Source: Heterodontus francisci (taxonomy: Eukaryota). Taken from it: DNA of 64,000 bases. The translations under genes and the position numbers were made by a program. The number at the start of each line of letters is the position of its first letter. Position 1 is the first letter of the stretch. The notes beneath the pieces were generated by a model. It made no database searches and was not told the DNA's origin. It saw only the letters and a list, made by a program, of their open reading frames with translations. Of the stretch, positions 11,938-25,780 are shown piece after piece. The stretch covers positions 82,469,658 through 82,533,657 of the forward strand of contig NC_090380.1 of assembly GCF_036365525.1 (NCBI RefSeq), read 5' to 3'.

Positions 11938-14136
11938 CAAATACATCTCACAGGTGACTGTGCCATGTTTGCACTGAATTATGCAGACTTTACAACTGAT
12001 GAGGCCAGACATAATGAGTGTTGCTCAGTTTTGTGGCTGTAGCTGGCTTCTTACAGGTCCAGGGAGTCATCAACTGCACACATGTGGCAGATCACTCTGG
12101 AGTCTTCTTTAACCAAAAGGTCTTCTACTTCATCAAGGTGCAGCTCATGAGCAAGCACAAAAAGAACTTCATGTATGTTTGTGCAAGATTTCCAGGGAGC
12201 TGCCATGATACTTTCATTCTGCGCCAGGCAAGCCTCCCTGAGATTTTCACACCTCGAAGCTGATGACACTTGTCAGGACACCAGACAATGATGCCCAGGA
12301 GAGATACAATCGAAGCCACCTGACCACAAGAGCTGTCATTGAGCAAGCAATCAGGATACCGAAGATGTGCTTTAGGTGCCTGGAACAATCCTTCAGTATG
12401 CACCAGCCCAAGTATCCAGATTGATACTGGTCTGCTGTGACATAGCACAGCAGCGAGGACTAGAGCTCCAGGAGGAAGAAAGTGATGAGATCACTACCAA
12501 TGCAGTAGTGGAGGAAGAAAAGAGGAGCAATATGATAAGCAGGAAGAGGAGGAGGAACTTGATGTGGCGAGGGCACGAACAGCAGCGGACGTAGCTGATG
12601 GGGATGCCCAGGATGCCCTAATTCTGCCACAGTTCAGTTAGACTGAAGCAGTGAACCCAACAGCTGAATTTTGTACCAACTTGATCCCCACCGCCCCCCC
12701 CCCACTATTTCCCAACTCAAAACAGTCCAACATTCAACAAAGCATCCCTGTCACAGATTGCTCGTCTTTAACTCTCGTCTTACCATTCATCACAAGCGAG
12801 AAGGTCAGTTGCCAGGCTGCAGGCAAAAATGGTCAATTTGGGAAAATAAAAAAAACAAATAATTTTAATGATGCAGAAAAATTAAACAGAAAATGAATAA
12901 TCTAACTGTGTTAAACACCATCTGCATAGCTTTATGCAACTACAATTTCTTGATTTTCTTTTTTCTATTTCTGCTACTTGGTAAAATCCCAAAGGTTTCA
13001 GCAGAGGTAGAGGCAAGCTGCTCAGACCCCTGCTCAGACTGCTGAGATGCTCTCAGTCGACATTCGCTAGGTTTTGGCGCCCATGAGAGTCCCGCCAATG
13101 ACTGTCCCGCCTGCACCTGTCCAGCAGCAGGCCTGGCCATCAGGACAAGAGGCAGCATGTGAGGCACTGACTGAGACGGGCAACGGGTGAGGTGGAAGCA
13201 CTTTGAGCAGCATCCCCAGTTCCATGACCCTTTCTCCATCTTCCCTCTCATGGCCCACCCACACCTTCCTGCTGACAATGAGTTGGGAGGGCTGAAGGGC
13301 TGACGTGAGGTTTTCATCACCTGTTTAAGGTGGCACTCATAATGTGCAAGCCATTGATGAGGGCCAGCATGCACTCATTTTACTACCGTGTCTGATGTTC
13401 CATTGCAGGTGGCCATTCTTTCCATGGACGTAGATATCATCACGAAGGCCTGCGGCATCATGGCACTCATGTTGGAGATGGATTCCTCCAATTTCTGTCC
13501 AAACATGTACAGTGCAGCTGGAAAGGCTGATAGAACCTCACACATTTTCTGCTGTTGCTCCAGAATTGTCCTCTTCAACGACGGCTCCTGAGGCTCAGCA
13601 TTTGCATCCAGCTGAGCAGATCTTGAAGTGTACCTTTCCTCTAGTGGGGACTCTCCACTGCTGTACCTGTTGCCACCACCTGCTCTTGCTCATTTTCGAT
13701 GTGTGAGACATCAAGTGAAAACTGTAAGAGGTTCCATTCCCCCTGACGATGGTTCTTGGACTTCAGGAATTACAAGAACAGAATGCACATGATGCAGAGT
13801 TTGGCTCAAACATAAATTTGTTGTTTTATTGAACCCACTAATATCCCTAGTACAGATACCTCTAAGGTTAGTTGAAAAGAAATAAACAAACTGTCCCCAG
13901 TACAAACCTTCTGAGGTTACCTAAAATTGGCACGTCCAATTCCCAGCTGAACTCTTCTGTGATTCGACCACTGTTCCCAGTTATACAAAACAAAGTCACT
14001 GTGACTTCATTTAAAACTTACAAAATACAGGCAAAACCACTACGCTTTTGTCCCAAAACCTTACAAAACCCTCAGACCAATACGATTCAGCTGAAAACAC
14101 TTACACAATGCAGGCAAAAACACTACACTTTTGTCC

Positions 14137-15321
14137 TGTTACGACCACAGTGGGAGCAACGCACTGTTAATTCATTCCCACTACTCAACAGGTCATAGCA
14201 TATTAGTAAAGTTTCCCACCTACCGGAAAGTTGCCAAATTAAACACTCTATTTGTTCCCCAGGATAAAGCACACCAAACCAGGTTTCTTTAAACAACAAC
14301 AAAATTAACTATTTATTCATAAACTAAATCTCAAACAATAATGAGATAACTCTATATATGAAAAAGATTCTTTTAAAACTTCTTATCCTTCCTAACCCTC
14401 ATGCATACACACATACATTTTTTAAAAAGGTTACCCGGGGAAAAAGGCTTCTTTGGTTTACAAATGTTTCTTAGGAATAATAAAATAATTGAGTTGTCAT
14501 GGTCTGGTAGGATATTTCCAGGTCGGTGAGGTGTCGCGGAGTCAAATAGTTGGATGCCACTTGAAGTCTCTCCAGGCGAGGCTGTTGAACAGTCTGTGAT
14601 GGGTAGGCTTTCAAGGCAATTTGTCTGCAGCAGGCATTACACAGGTCTTTCATATTTCCTGTTGTTCATGTTGGTCAGGTGTCCATACTTTACCTTAGTA
14701 AAGGTATAACAAGAGATCTGCTTGGGTTTTGAAGTAACAGTCTAGCAATTGAAGCTTTCTTGGGATTTCAGGATCTCCCAAAACACAAAAGGCAACAGGA
14801 ATCTCTCTTGAGGCAGAGATTTTCCAGAGACTGGAGGCAATAGGAATTTGTTACCTTTAGAATTGCAAGGGCTTTCTCTCTGCAAAGTAGTTTTCCTCCA
14901 CAGAGTAGCAACTCCTCTTTTCCTGGGTCTTTTCTCTCTCCAGGGATCTTTTCCTCTCTCTGGGCAGACCACAGCCACACCTCAAATGTAGGATTTCTTT
15001 TTCCAAGAGAGGCACATTTTCTTTTACTGAGAGCAGGTCTTTTCTCTGGTCTGCAAACAGATCCCAGCCAGCTCACTGCATGCTGCTGGTCCAGCGCCAC
15101 TTCTTTCAAATGAAACTAAAACCCACAATCACATCATGTGACAGTCATAAATCTTCCTGTCATTTCCCCGTTGAGCTGCTTGGCAACAGGTGCCTTGCAG
15201 TCTGTGCACTCAGTTCAAACACCAAGTTTCAACATTCAATGCTCATGGAAAATCCTTTGTCTCAATTTTTAAAATACACAGAATTCTAAGCTTTCAAATA
15301 AAAATCAAAACTTTTGTGATA
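14137..15321. mobile_element. Solo LTR (inner, Gypsy-like) nested in the outer LTR
   Basis: TGTTACGAC start, degenerate GTGATA end, TSD GTCC/GTCT. It interrupts a tandem-repeat unit (ttttgtcc|caaaaccttacaaaacc) of the host LTR. Confidence 0.7.
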
Positions 15322-15976
15322 GTCTCAAAACCTTACAAAACCTTCAGACCAATATCGCTACAATTTGGCTGAAAACACTTACAATCCCCAAAACAGCTGG
15401 TCTGTCCGGGTGTTGATTATAAGTCCAGAGACAAGATGACCAATCCTCACCCTTCTTCCGACTGCAGACCCATCACTCCGATATGCCCTCCTTTTTATAT
15501 TGATTCAACTCAAACATATCAAACATATTTCCTGTTGTTCATGTTGTTCAGGTGTCCAGTAGTTAACACCTCTTAGTTTATTCTACCAAATGAATATGAT
15601 CAGTTCATACTGGTTGAAATAATAGTCATTCCATGAAAAAATAGCCGAGATGAATATGATCAGCTCTCATATCGTTAAAACAATCTTCCTGCTTTTTTGA
15701 GGCAATACAGTAAAAGCACCTGGCTCCAAGGTTGATGAAGGTGTGAATGATCCATTTCTCTCCTCAAGAGGAACCAATCATAGTTACAATGGCCAGATTC
15801 CAGCACCATTGTCTATGATGCGGGCCTTAGTTGTATTACAATTCCTCAACTGGATTATCTCAATGGCATGTTTCTTGCACCATTGTATATGGTAATCAGT
15901 CTGTTAATTGCATTACCCAGTGGTATTTCCCTGGTACCATTGTCCCATGATTGTAATCAATGTCTGAATCCTTTTG

Positions 15977-16079
15977 AAGTTCCAAAGAAGGGTCACTGAC
16001 CCGCAACGTTAACTCTGCTTCTCTCTCCACAGATGCTGCCAGACCTGCTGAGTATTTCCAGCATTTCTTGTTTTTATTT
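15977..16079 (+). mobile_element. Penelope-like element terminal fragment with a decayed hammerhead motif
   Basis: Same family as 39531-39750; 14-bp TSD CTGAATCCTTTTGA. Confidence 0.65.
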
Positions 16080-17500
16080 CTGAATCCTTTTGATGAGCGA
16101 CTATCTTTTACTAATTGTTCAAATTAACTGCTTGCTGCCCAGTCCTGTGCTGTTGGCTACAGCTTGGCTTTTGTATTTTATAGTTCAAAAACATGAGGTC
16201 AAAATATGTCCATGGGCCTGGATTTTTATATTCCATAAATTTCCCAGTTGGAGGGGATTCCAATCCTACAAAACCCAACTACTTGTCTTGGCCTTTCCAC
16301 CAAGGTACGTATATCTAACCTGGTGTATAGTGTGAACATGTCGTGTGAGTGTAACCTCATCTGAGGATCCTTCATCTTCCTCTTGCACTGCCTCCTGAGG
16401 GATACGTGATGGGCTTGTGGAAGATGAAAGACATGAATTAGAACTGACAAGGTAAGAAGATATTCAGTCATCATTGCGCACATGATCATATTTCACTGGC
16501 TACTGAAATCAAGTCAGCATGTGTGAATATTCCTGTGATGTTTAATTCTGTCACCAGGTAGCTGAGACACTCCTATTTTTCCACCTCTGACATCCAGGCA
16601 TATCGAGACTCGGCTTATCTCCAGCACCACCTCCTCAGCAGCTGTCTGTATGGAGATGGCAGGAGGGCCACCTCCAACTTTCTGCCTCCTCCTGGTGTTC
16701 TGTGGTCTCTTCTGCAAGGAGGGAAAGAAGAGAACTATGGGTAAGAGTAATGGAATGTGCTGAATGGATGGATGAACAACATTTGTTGAGGGTGACTATG
16801 AAGCTAACTATGCTTTAAGATGAGGATGTGTGTCAGTGGTGCTTAGTCAGATGGGGATGTAAGGAAGTGACTGAGATGGGTGGGTGCACCTGTAAATTAA
16901 ACTGGTATCATGTGCAGGAGTAGGCTTAGGAAGGCAGAGTAAGGGGAGGATTGGGGTGAGACCCACATCAGGATATATTTGAATGGGCTATGTCATTTAC
17001 CTTTCCTGCCCTGATTAAGTCATTAAATATCTTTCAGTACTGTACCCAGGAGTATGGCATCACACTCCTGCTGCTAATCTCCTCAGTGATGTCCAACTAT
17101 GCCTTCTTTTCCACTGTGGCAGGCTTCTTCCTCCCATTGGCAGGTAACAGAATCTCCCTTACAGTCCACAGTATCATCTCTCGGGAGGCATCAGTGAAGC
17201 AAGGTGCTGCCTTGCAATGTTGTGTGTCCACTGCTGTACATTCTTGCTATGTTGAAACACACAGGAAATTCTTCAAGTTTCATCCTAGCAGGATTCTTTT
17301 AAATATTTCAGCAGAATTAAACTCTCGTGAGTTATTACCATGCTTGCTTGCGCTAATTTGTTGGGAAATCTCAAAAGTCAGGTGCAAATACAGTGGCTGG
17401 GTTAAAAAGCCACTGACAACTGTGTTGCTGAAACTCCCGGGTTCCTGAAACACTACCAGGCTCCCCCAATGCCAGCATGTCAAAAAGTTAAAATGCAGCC

Positions 17501-19769
17501 CCTACTATCCTCCTCACCACTTACTTAACAACCTCGCTTTGTATCATTAGCGAACATGGATACGTTATACTCGATCCCTTCATCTAAGACGTTAATATAA
17601 ATTGAAATAACTGAGGCCCAGCACTGATCCTTGCAGTACTCCATTAATTATTGCCTGCAAACCTGAAAATGACCTGACGATTACTACTCTCTGTTCTCTG
17701 TCTTTTAACCAATCCTTTATCCATATTACTCCCAACTTCATGAGCTCTTATCTTGTGTAACAGCCTTTTGTGTGGCATCCTATCAAATGTCTTCTGAATA
17801 TATAAATACACTCCATCCACTAGTTCTCCTTTATCTACCCTGTTAGTTAAATCCTCAAAAAAATTTAATAGCTTTGTCAAACAGAATTTTCCTTTCATAA
17901 ATGCATGTTGACCCTGCCTAATTTTCTAAGTGCCTTGCAATCACTTCTTTAATAATGGATTCCAGCAATTTCACAATGACTGACATCAGGGTAACTTACC
18001 TGTAGCTCCCTGTTTACTTTCTCATTCCTTTCTTGAATAGATGTGTTACATTTGCTACCTTCCAAGCCATGGGGGTTGTTCCAGTAATCTAGGAAGTTCT
18101 GGAAGATCACAACCGATGCATTCCACTATCTCTACAACCATCTCTTTTAGACTCTAGGATGTAGGCCATCAGGTCCAGGGGATATGTCAGCCTTTAGTCC
18201 CATTAATTTCTGCACTACTTTTTCTTTATTAATATTAATTACTTTGCTTTAGTTCCTCACTCACATTAGATCCTTGATTCCCCATTATTTCTGGTATGCT
18301 TTTATTTCTTCTACTGCGAAGACAGATACAAAATATTTGTTTAATGTCTCTGCCATTCCTTATTCTCCATTATATTTTCTCCTTTTTCAGCCTTGAAGGG
18401 ACCCATGTTTAATTTTGTTACTCTGTTCCTATTTACTTGTAGAAGCTCTTACAATCTGCTTTTTTTCTTGCTACTCTCATTCTATACACATTTTATGCCT
18501 ATGTAAGTTTAACACTCTAGGCTCGGACTTAAGTACCTCACTCTTGGTCTCAATGTGAAATTCCATCATATTGTGATCATTCTACCCCAGAGGATCCTTT
18601 AGTATGAGATAGCCTATGGTTGGTTCCATAATGTATTGTTCTAGGAAACTGTCTCAAATGCATTCCATTAACTCGTCCTCCAAACTACTATTGCCAATTT
18701 GTTTTACCCAGTCTATGTGAAGATTAAGGTCCCCCTTAATTATTACATTATCTTTGTTACAAGCTCTTAATTTTAATTAATACTCTGTTCAACAGTAGAG
18801 CTACTGCTAGGGGACCTATAAATTACTCCCACCAGTGTTTTCTGTCCCTTGTTATTTCTTATCTCCTGCCATAACAATTCTACTTCCTGATCTTCTGAGA
18901 CTAGATCCTTCCTCACTAGAGTCCTAGAGTCATTTACGGCATAGAAGGAGGTGATTCAGCCCATCGAGTCTATGCCAGCTCTCTGCAGAACAATCCAGTC
19001 TGTCCTACACCCCTGCTTGATCTCGATAGCCCTGCAAGTTTATTTCCTTCAAGTGCCCATCCAATTTCCTTTTAAAATCATTGATTGTCTCTGCTTCCAC
19101 TATCCTCGGGCAGCGAGTTCCAGGTCACTACCACTCGCTGCATAAAAAAGATCTTCCTCACATTTGCCCTGCATCTCTTGCGCAAAATCTTCAATCTGTG
19201 TCCTGTAGTCCTTGTATTATCAGTTAATGGGAACAGTTTTTCCTTGTGTAACTTATCGAAGCATGTTAAAATCTTGTACACTTTTATTAAATCTCCGTTC
19301 AATCTCCTTTGCTCCAGGGAGAACTACCACAGCTTTTTAAACCTAATCTTGTAACTAAAATTCCCCCCATCCCTGGAACCATTCTGGTAAATCTCCTCTG
19401 CGTCCTTTCAAGGACCTTCACATCTTTCCTCAAGTGTGGTGACCAGCACTGGACGCAATACTGTTGCGGGGCCTAACCAGAACTTTATAAAGGTTCAGCA
19501 TAACTTCCCTACTTTTGTACTCTGTGCCTCTATTTATGAAACCCAAGATCCCATATGCTTTGCTAACCAGTCTCTCATTATGTCCTGCCACCTTCAAAGA
19601 TTGATGCACATGCACGTCAAACCCATTTATGTCTATCTGTGCCATTGGTGCATTTATCTTGATACAAATATTTCGTACATTGAGATAAAGTACGTTTAAT
19701 GCCAACATATTACCACTTTTCCCTGATTTGACCTCATTCACTGCTGCACTAATTACCAATAAACTCTCT
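17501..19769 (-). mobile_element. Degenerate CR1 LINE(s); a younger CR1 3' fragment (~18918-19617) is nested in an older copy that continues at ~20589-21240
   Basis: KGKFCLTKLLNFFEDLT...; YKVLVRP; VLYLNVRNI (endonuclease start). Confidence 0.75.
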
Positions 19770-20588
19770 GGACTGAATTTTATTAGCTCACCGTCGTTCT
19801 CAGCGGCGAGCTTCAAAAAGTGCATGGCACACAGCCACCGCGACATCTCACACTGTGGCTCATTAACATGGAGGGGGCAGAATGCCCACCCCCGATGACG
19901 TAGAGGGGGCAGGCGCTTCGCCCCGGCAATGGTACCCAGCGCCAACGCTCAGGTGTCACGCCATTTTTAAAGGGCTTCCAGCCCTGAGAGGTCATTTTAA
20001 TTTTTAAAGGGACAGGTTTGGCAAAAGATTAATCTAAAATTATACTCACACTTCCAATACCCTCTCCCACCCCTACCCCCAATGAATAAACTGTTTATTA
20101 TTTGTCCTATCACCTCCAAAAAAGTCAATTTTCACTCACGACCTTCCCCCCCGAACTTTATTCCCTTTGACCCTAAACCCCTTCCCACCATCCCCGTAAC
20201 CAATCCCGTTGGTTTTTGCATCTCCCTCCCCTCCCCCAGCCCTGAAAAATTCACTCATCCCCCCTCCTCACCAGTATCATGCCTCGGACCTCCAAACGGA
20301 GATCCAAAGGCATGGGAGTTCCGGCAACCGACCGGAATATTGGTGTGGGACAGCTGTCACTACAAGGTAAGTCATTATTCATTCATTTAATGTAATTAAC
20401 ATATTTAAATAAAGCCTCCATCACCATGTGGTGGGGAGGCCACCCTGAGGACTTGCCACTGCCAGTAAAATAGGGCAGGGCCCTCCCAGTGTCAAAGCCC
20501 ATGGCTGGCCCCTTCTGGAAGAATTTTCCAGGCCCCCCCCACCCCCCACCACAACTCCCGACATAGGGGGGCTTATAAAATTCAGCCC
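19770..20588. mobile_element. Harbinger-type MITE
   Basis: TIRs GGACTGAATTTTA / TAAAATTCAGCCC; similar to 28243-29111. Confidence 0.7.
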
Positions 20589-20804
20589 TTCTCTCTCCCT
20601 TCCTGTTACTCTCTGCTCATCTTTACCTAAATCACGACACTGCTCCATGTCCTTGCCTTTTTTCTTTCGATTTATAAATTTCCCCCACCTGAGAACTCCA
20701 CCCACTTTTTTAAATTTAAAGTCCTACCTACAGCCCTGGTTATTGATTTGCCAGGACACTGGTCTTAGGTTTGTTTAAGTGGAACCCTTCTCAATAGAAT
20801 AGAT

Positions 20805-21146
20805 TTAGAGAAACAGCACTGAAACAGGCCCTTCGGCCCACCGAGTCTGTGCCGACCATTAACCATCCATTTATACTAATCCTACACTAATCCCTTATTC
20901 CTACCTCGTCCTCATCTGTCCCTATATTCCCCTACCACCTACCTATACTCGGGGCAATTTATAATGGCCAATTTACCTATCAACCTGCAAGTCTTTTGAT
21001 GGTGGGAGGAAACCGGAGCACCCGGAGGAAACCCATGCAGACACAGGGAGAACTTGCAAACTCCACACAGGCAGTACCCAGAATTGAACCCGGGCCGCTG
21101 GAGCTGTGAGGCTGCGGTGCTAACCACTGCGCCACTGTGCTGCCCC
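20805..21146 (-). mobile_element. HE1-type SINE
   Basis: High similarity to 8602-8937. Confidence 0.85.
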
Positions 21147-22821
21147 AGTAGCTCTGCCTTTCCCAAGTATTGGTGCCAGTGCACCATGAATCAAAACCTT
21201 TGTCTCCCACACCACTCTATCAGAATCTCTAGCTCTACCTATACGGTTGCTTCCTCCCATTTCTCCTCATAGCCCCCAGCAGAACAGCAAGGGAGGAGTC
21301 ACTGAAGTGCAACATGTTCCTTATCATACCTGCTGCTGCAGATTGGACAGTAAACCCAGAAGTAAAATGTTAATCAACTGGATAAGTTAAAAAGCCTTTG
21401 ACAGACACGCCAAACTTTCTTCAATGTTTCTTCTTCAGGCACCCCTGCTCCTGACATGTTTCTGAGTAAATATTGGGGCCATCAAGTCCACGATCAGAGA
21501 TGGGGTGGAGGCCCAGAGCAGGGAAGGCCAGCTCCTCCTAGCCAATAAGAAACCTTATAAAAAATGGAAAATTACTTACCTGACCCTGGATTCCTACTGC
21601 CCTGAACTTTTGCTGATGCACCGGAGACCAGGAAAGCCATAATTAGGTCCACAGTTAAGATGGCGACACGCCCCAATGACATGTGATAGCTATCTCAGCT
21701 GTACGAAAAAGCATGTGTTGGTAGGCAGTACTGCGGACTTACCTCATAGGAAAAGAATATATTGGAATAGAAATTGAATCAAAGAATTTTATAAAGAAGT
21801 CTACTACTGAAGTGAATTTTATTCAAATCTAAATTCAGGTTTGTGCCAGTCAGAAGGTTAAAGGCCCGGGTATTTTTTTTCTTCCTTTTTAACTTCATTC
21901 TTATTACTAAGTTCAAAGCCAGTGCTTGTAAAAAAAATGTGCTCTGCAGGGCTGGTTAAGAACACATTAGATTTACTTTCACATTTCTGCATTTGATCAG
22001 TTATGGCTATCTGCTTCTTAATCCAGGTCAAGGATATGTAAAACTGCAGTGCTGCTATCTTTTCATTCATCTGCATATCTAGAATTAACTGATAACAAGT
22101 GTATTAGCTGAGCTGTTGTTCGTGACTGAAATTCAACAAACTAAGAAATCAAAATCTAAGCTTGAATTTCAGGGAATTTTGATTTTAGGAATGGTCAAAA
22201 TATGACTTCTAGCCCATAATAAGTTCCTCTGATATTACCTGCTATCAGAGACTTGGTTTGTGAGGCACGATTGAAGAAACCAAAGCTTTACAGCTTTAAA
22301 GAAGGTGACCGAGAGGTGACCGAATAGAGATATTCAAGATAGTAAATGTTCCCGGAAAGTAAACACTAATTCAAGTTAAACTGTAACAATACGACAAGGA
22401 AAAACAAGTTCAAATTGGCAAAAAGAAAATTTAGGGATCATGTCAGGAATTTCATCACACAAAGGGATGGATTTTAACTTTTGGAAGGCCGACCAGTGGA
22501 GTCTTCTCGCTGGTGACCAGTTCTGGTGGCAAAGAAGCTCCCACGATTTTGCGGCCCAGGCTTCATTTGAATCCAATTGGTGAGCTGGGTTTAAGTGGCC
22601 GAAGTGCATAGAAACTTCAGTGCAGCCTGAAAAAGACACTTCAGTCCACACACTTAATCAAAAGACTGAAAGAGGTACACCTACATCACATTCCCCATGA
22701 ACAGAGCAAAGCAAGATGAGAGAGCACTATGCTTTGTAACGAATGACAAGCTTTCCCTGGTTTCAAGGTTTCATTGATTGCAATTATAGTGCCTTGCGTG
22801 CTCTCCATCAGTACGCTGGCT

Positions 22822-23192
22822 TGTTTAGTTTAGTTTAGTTTAGAGATACAACACTGAAACAGGCCCTTCGGCCCACCGCGTCTGTGCCGACCATCAACCA
22901 CCCACCTATACTAATCCTAGACTAATCCCACATTCCTACCACATCTCCACCTGTCCCTATATTTCCCTACCACCTACCTATGCTAGGGGCAATTTATAAT
23001 GGCCAATTTACCTACCAACCTGCAAGTCTTTTGGCTTGTGGGAGGAAACCGGAGCACCCGGAGGAAACCCACGCAGACACAGGGAGACTTCACACAGGCA
23101 GTACCCAGAATTGAACCCGAGTCGCTGGAGCTGTGAGGCTGCGGTGCTAACCGCTGCGCCACTGTGCCGCCCATTGCGCCACTGTGCCGCCC
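22822..23192 (-). mobile_element. HE1-type SINE with duplicated 5' head and (TTTAG)n tail
   Basis: Similarity to other copies; gcgccactgtgccgccc occurs twice. Confidence 0.85.
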
Positions 23193-23589
23193 TTTCTTCC
23201 ACAAACACTTTGCATCTGTTTTTACCAAGGAAGATGCTGCCAAAGTACTCATTTAGTGCCTCAGCCATGCCCTCTGCCTCCTTGCATAAATCCCCTTTTG
23301 GTCCTTTATTGGCTGCAATCCTCCTTTTCCACATTTTACTATTTATATGCCTGTTCAAGACTTTTGGATTCCCTTCTATGTTAGCTGCCAGTATCTTCTC
23401 ATACTCTTTGTTCCTCATTTCTTTATTCACTCCCCTTTGAACTTTATATATTCTTATTGGTTCTTATTTGTATTGTCCACCTGACATCTGTCACCATCTT
23501 TCTGCTTCACTTACTCTCTTTCATCATCCAGGGAGCTCTTGTTTTGCTTGTTTACCAATAAAAAGATTGCTTTGTTTGTGACCACAGGC

Positions 23590-24130
23590 AGTGTATCAGA
23601 TGGGCCCATTTTATGGCAGCCATCATGCTTTATTACTCTTGCACCAGTCCTCTGTAGTGCTTTTGTTTCAACCAGGCCATCAGGTCACAGGCTGGCTCCT
23701 TGGTGACAGGAAATATCCTCCTGACGTGCTTTATGACTGGTGTGCCCACTACGCTGTGCAGATGCACAGCCGTGCAGCAGTTTGGAATGTATCATGCAGT
23801 GCAACAAACAGGCTGTGCTCAACAAAGAAAAGTTACAGGGAACACTGCTTAATGACTGCTGTCAGGAACCCAGACACAAATGTAGAACATGTCTACAATG
23901 AGAGGCATGCTGTCACCAGAAATCTCATTAATCATAATATCGGGGTGTTTAAGCAGCACTTATGCAGACTGGACCATTTTGTAGCTCAGCAATACACTCC
24001 TGAGCACCTTTCCAAATGTGTAACCCCATAGTCTACATTGTATACCTTTGAGAAAATGAGGGACCAGCCCATATCACCACCTGGGCAGCAAGAAGTATAG
24101 GAGAAGGAACAGCCTGAAGAGCAGCATTGA
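23590..24130 (+). pseudogene. Decayed Harbinger transposase (HARBI1-like) fragment
   Basis: GWLLGDRKYP, LMTAVRNP...YNERHAVTRNLI...IGVFKQHLCRLD. Confidence 0.65.
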
Positions 24131-24844
24131 CTACGAGTGATAATGGAATGCATAGATAACTTTTGTATAGATTTTCACATTTAATGAAGTACTGCATAAA
24201 AGATTAGTTGCAAAATTAGGACATTGATTTTAAATTGGAGCATGCTTCTAGTAGGAATCTGCTCCAACAAGTTTATTTCCTGCATGCCACTGGCAGCAGG
24301 GGGCCATGTGATTTTAACCGCCATGGTTTAATTGCACATTACTGGCGGGAAGATAGGGTTGCCCTTGGCCACCCTCCGGCTTCAGGGTAAGTAGCAGGAG
24401 GTTCCAGGGTGGTCCTTTGAGAGGGAAGGGGGAAGAGTTTGGAGCAGATGATTCCGCAACTTTTCCTGTGGAGCATTCCTGCTCCTTCTGACCCCACTAA
24501 GTACAGTTATTCATGTACCTAGAGTACCTCGTCAGTCTTCCCAACAGTTGGTGACTTGCCTCAGCATGGCAGAGAAGTTCTTACTGTGTTTTAAAGGGGT
24601 GCTGTCTTCTCAAAAAAGCACTTAGCCAATTTTTGTTCAGAGATAGATGTTACAAAAGTGCTTCTATATTTTTTGTTAAGTATATGTTTTTGAGGACTTA
24701 TATTTAAATTGTGCAGATGGATTTGTGGAGAAGGCTGAAGATTTCATAGAAGCTGCACTTGGCTTTGTTACTGACAGTTCATTGAAAGGACACTGAGATG
24801 CTGTTTAAAAACAGCCTTGCTGGAAGTCATGTGCTTTAAGCGTA

Positions 24845-25780
24845 AGCAGCATGCGAGACAGAGCTAAGCAATCCCACAACCAACAGATCAGATCTAAGCT
24901 CTGCAGTGCTGTCACATCAGTCGTGAATGGTGATGGACAATTAAACAACTAGCTGGAGGGGGTGGCTCCACAAATATCCCCATCTTGAATGATGGGGGAG
25001 CCCAGCACATCAGTGCAAAAGATAAGGCTGAAGCATTTGCAACAATCTTCAGCCAAAGGTGCCGAATGGATGATCCATCTCGGCTTCCTCCTGAAGTCTC
25101 CAGCATCACAGATGCCAGTCTTCAGCCAATTCGATTCACGCCATGTGATATCAAGAAACAACTGAAGGCATTGGATACTGAAAAAGCTATGGGCCCTGAC
25201 AACATTCTGGCAACTGAAGACCTGTGCTCCAGAACTTGCCGTACCCCTAGCCAAGCTGTTCCAGTACAGCTACAACACTGGCATCTACTCGGCAATGTGG
25301 AAAATTGCCCAGATATATCCTGTATACAAAAAGCAGGACAGATCCAACGCAACCAATTACTGCCCCATCAGTCTACTCTCGATCATCAGTAAAGTGATGG
25401 AAGGTGTCATAGACAGTGCTATCAAGCAGCACTTGCCCAGCAATAACCTGCTCAGTGACACTCAGTTTGGGTTCAGCCAAGGCCACTCAGCTCCTGACCT
25501 TATTACAGCCTTGGTCCAAACATGGACAAAAAAGATGAACTCAAGAGGTGTGATGAAAGTGACTGCCCTTGACATCAAGGCAGCATTTGACCGAGTATGG
25601 CCTCAAGAAGCCCTAGCAAAACTGGAGTCAATGGGAATTAGGGGGAAAACTCTCCACTGGTTGGAGTCATACCTCGCGCAAAGGAAGATGGTTGTGATTG
25701 TTGGAGGTCAATCATCTGAGCTCCAGGACATCACTGCAGGAGTTCCTCAGGGTAGTGCCCTAGGCCCAACCATCTTCAGC
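24845..25780 (+). mobile_element. Internal fragment of the same CR1/L2-group LINE family as 526-10363
   Basis: RT ORF 25295-25825 (NYCPISLLS, LDIKAAFDRV, GVPQGSALGP); collinear with ~8220-9430. Confidence 0.85.

Larger units (their letters stand above)
13723..16270. mobile_element. Solo LTR (outer) inserted in the Harbinger element
   Basis: TGTAAG...CCTACA ends; 4-bp TSD AAAC (13719-13722 and 16271-16274). Confidence 0.7.
11940..17500 (+). mobile_element. Decayed PIF/Harbinger DNA transposon: HARBI1-like transposase (+, ~12020-12600) and convergent Myb/SANT-like gene (-, ~12990-17230)
   Basis: GFLQVQGVINCTHVA...CARFPGSCHDTFIL; YNRSHLTTRAVIEQ. On the minus strand, APCFTD...KIFNDLIR followed by a splice donor. 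TIR aaaatgcagccc at ~17500. Confidence 0.75.

Noticed and set aside
12018-12600. Domesticated host gene HARBI1 or NAIF1
   Set aside because: Multiple stops, frameshifts and deletions, LTR insertions, and several similar copies in the window indicate transposon remnants.
14027-15390. CRISPR-like or satellite repeat (caggcaaaa...caaaaccttacaaaacc units)
   Set aside because: Only two ~85-bp tandem units inside an LTR, one split by a nested LTR; eukaryotic context.
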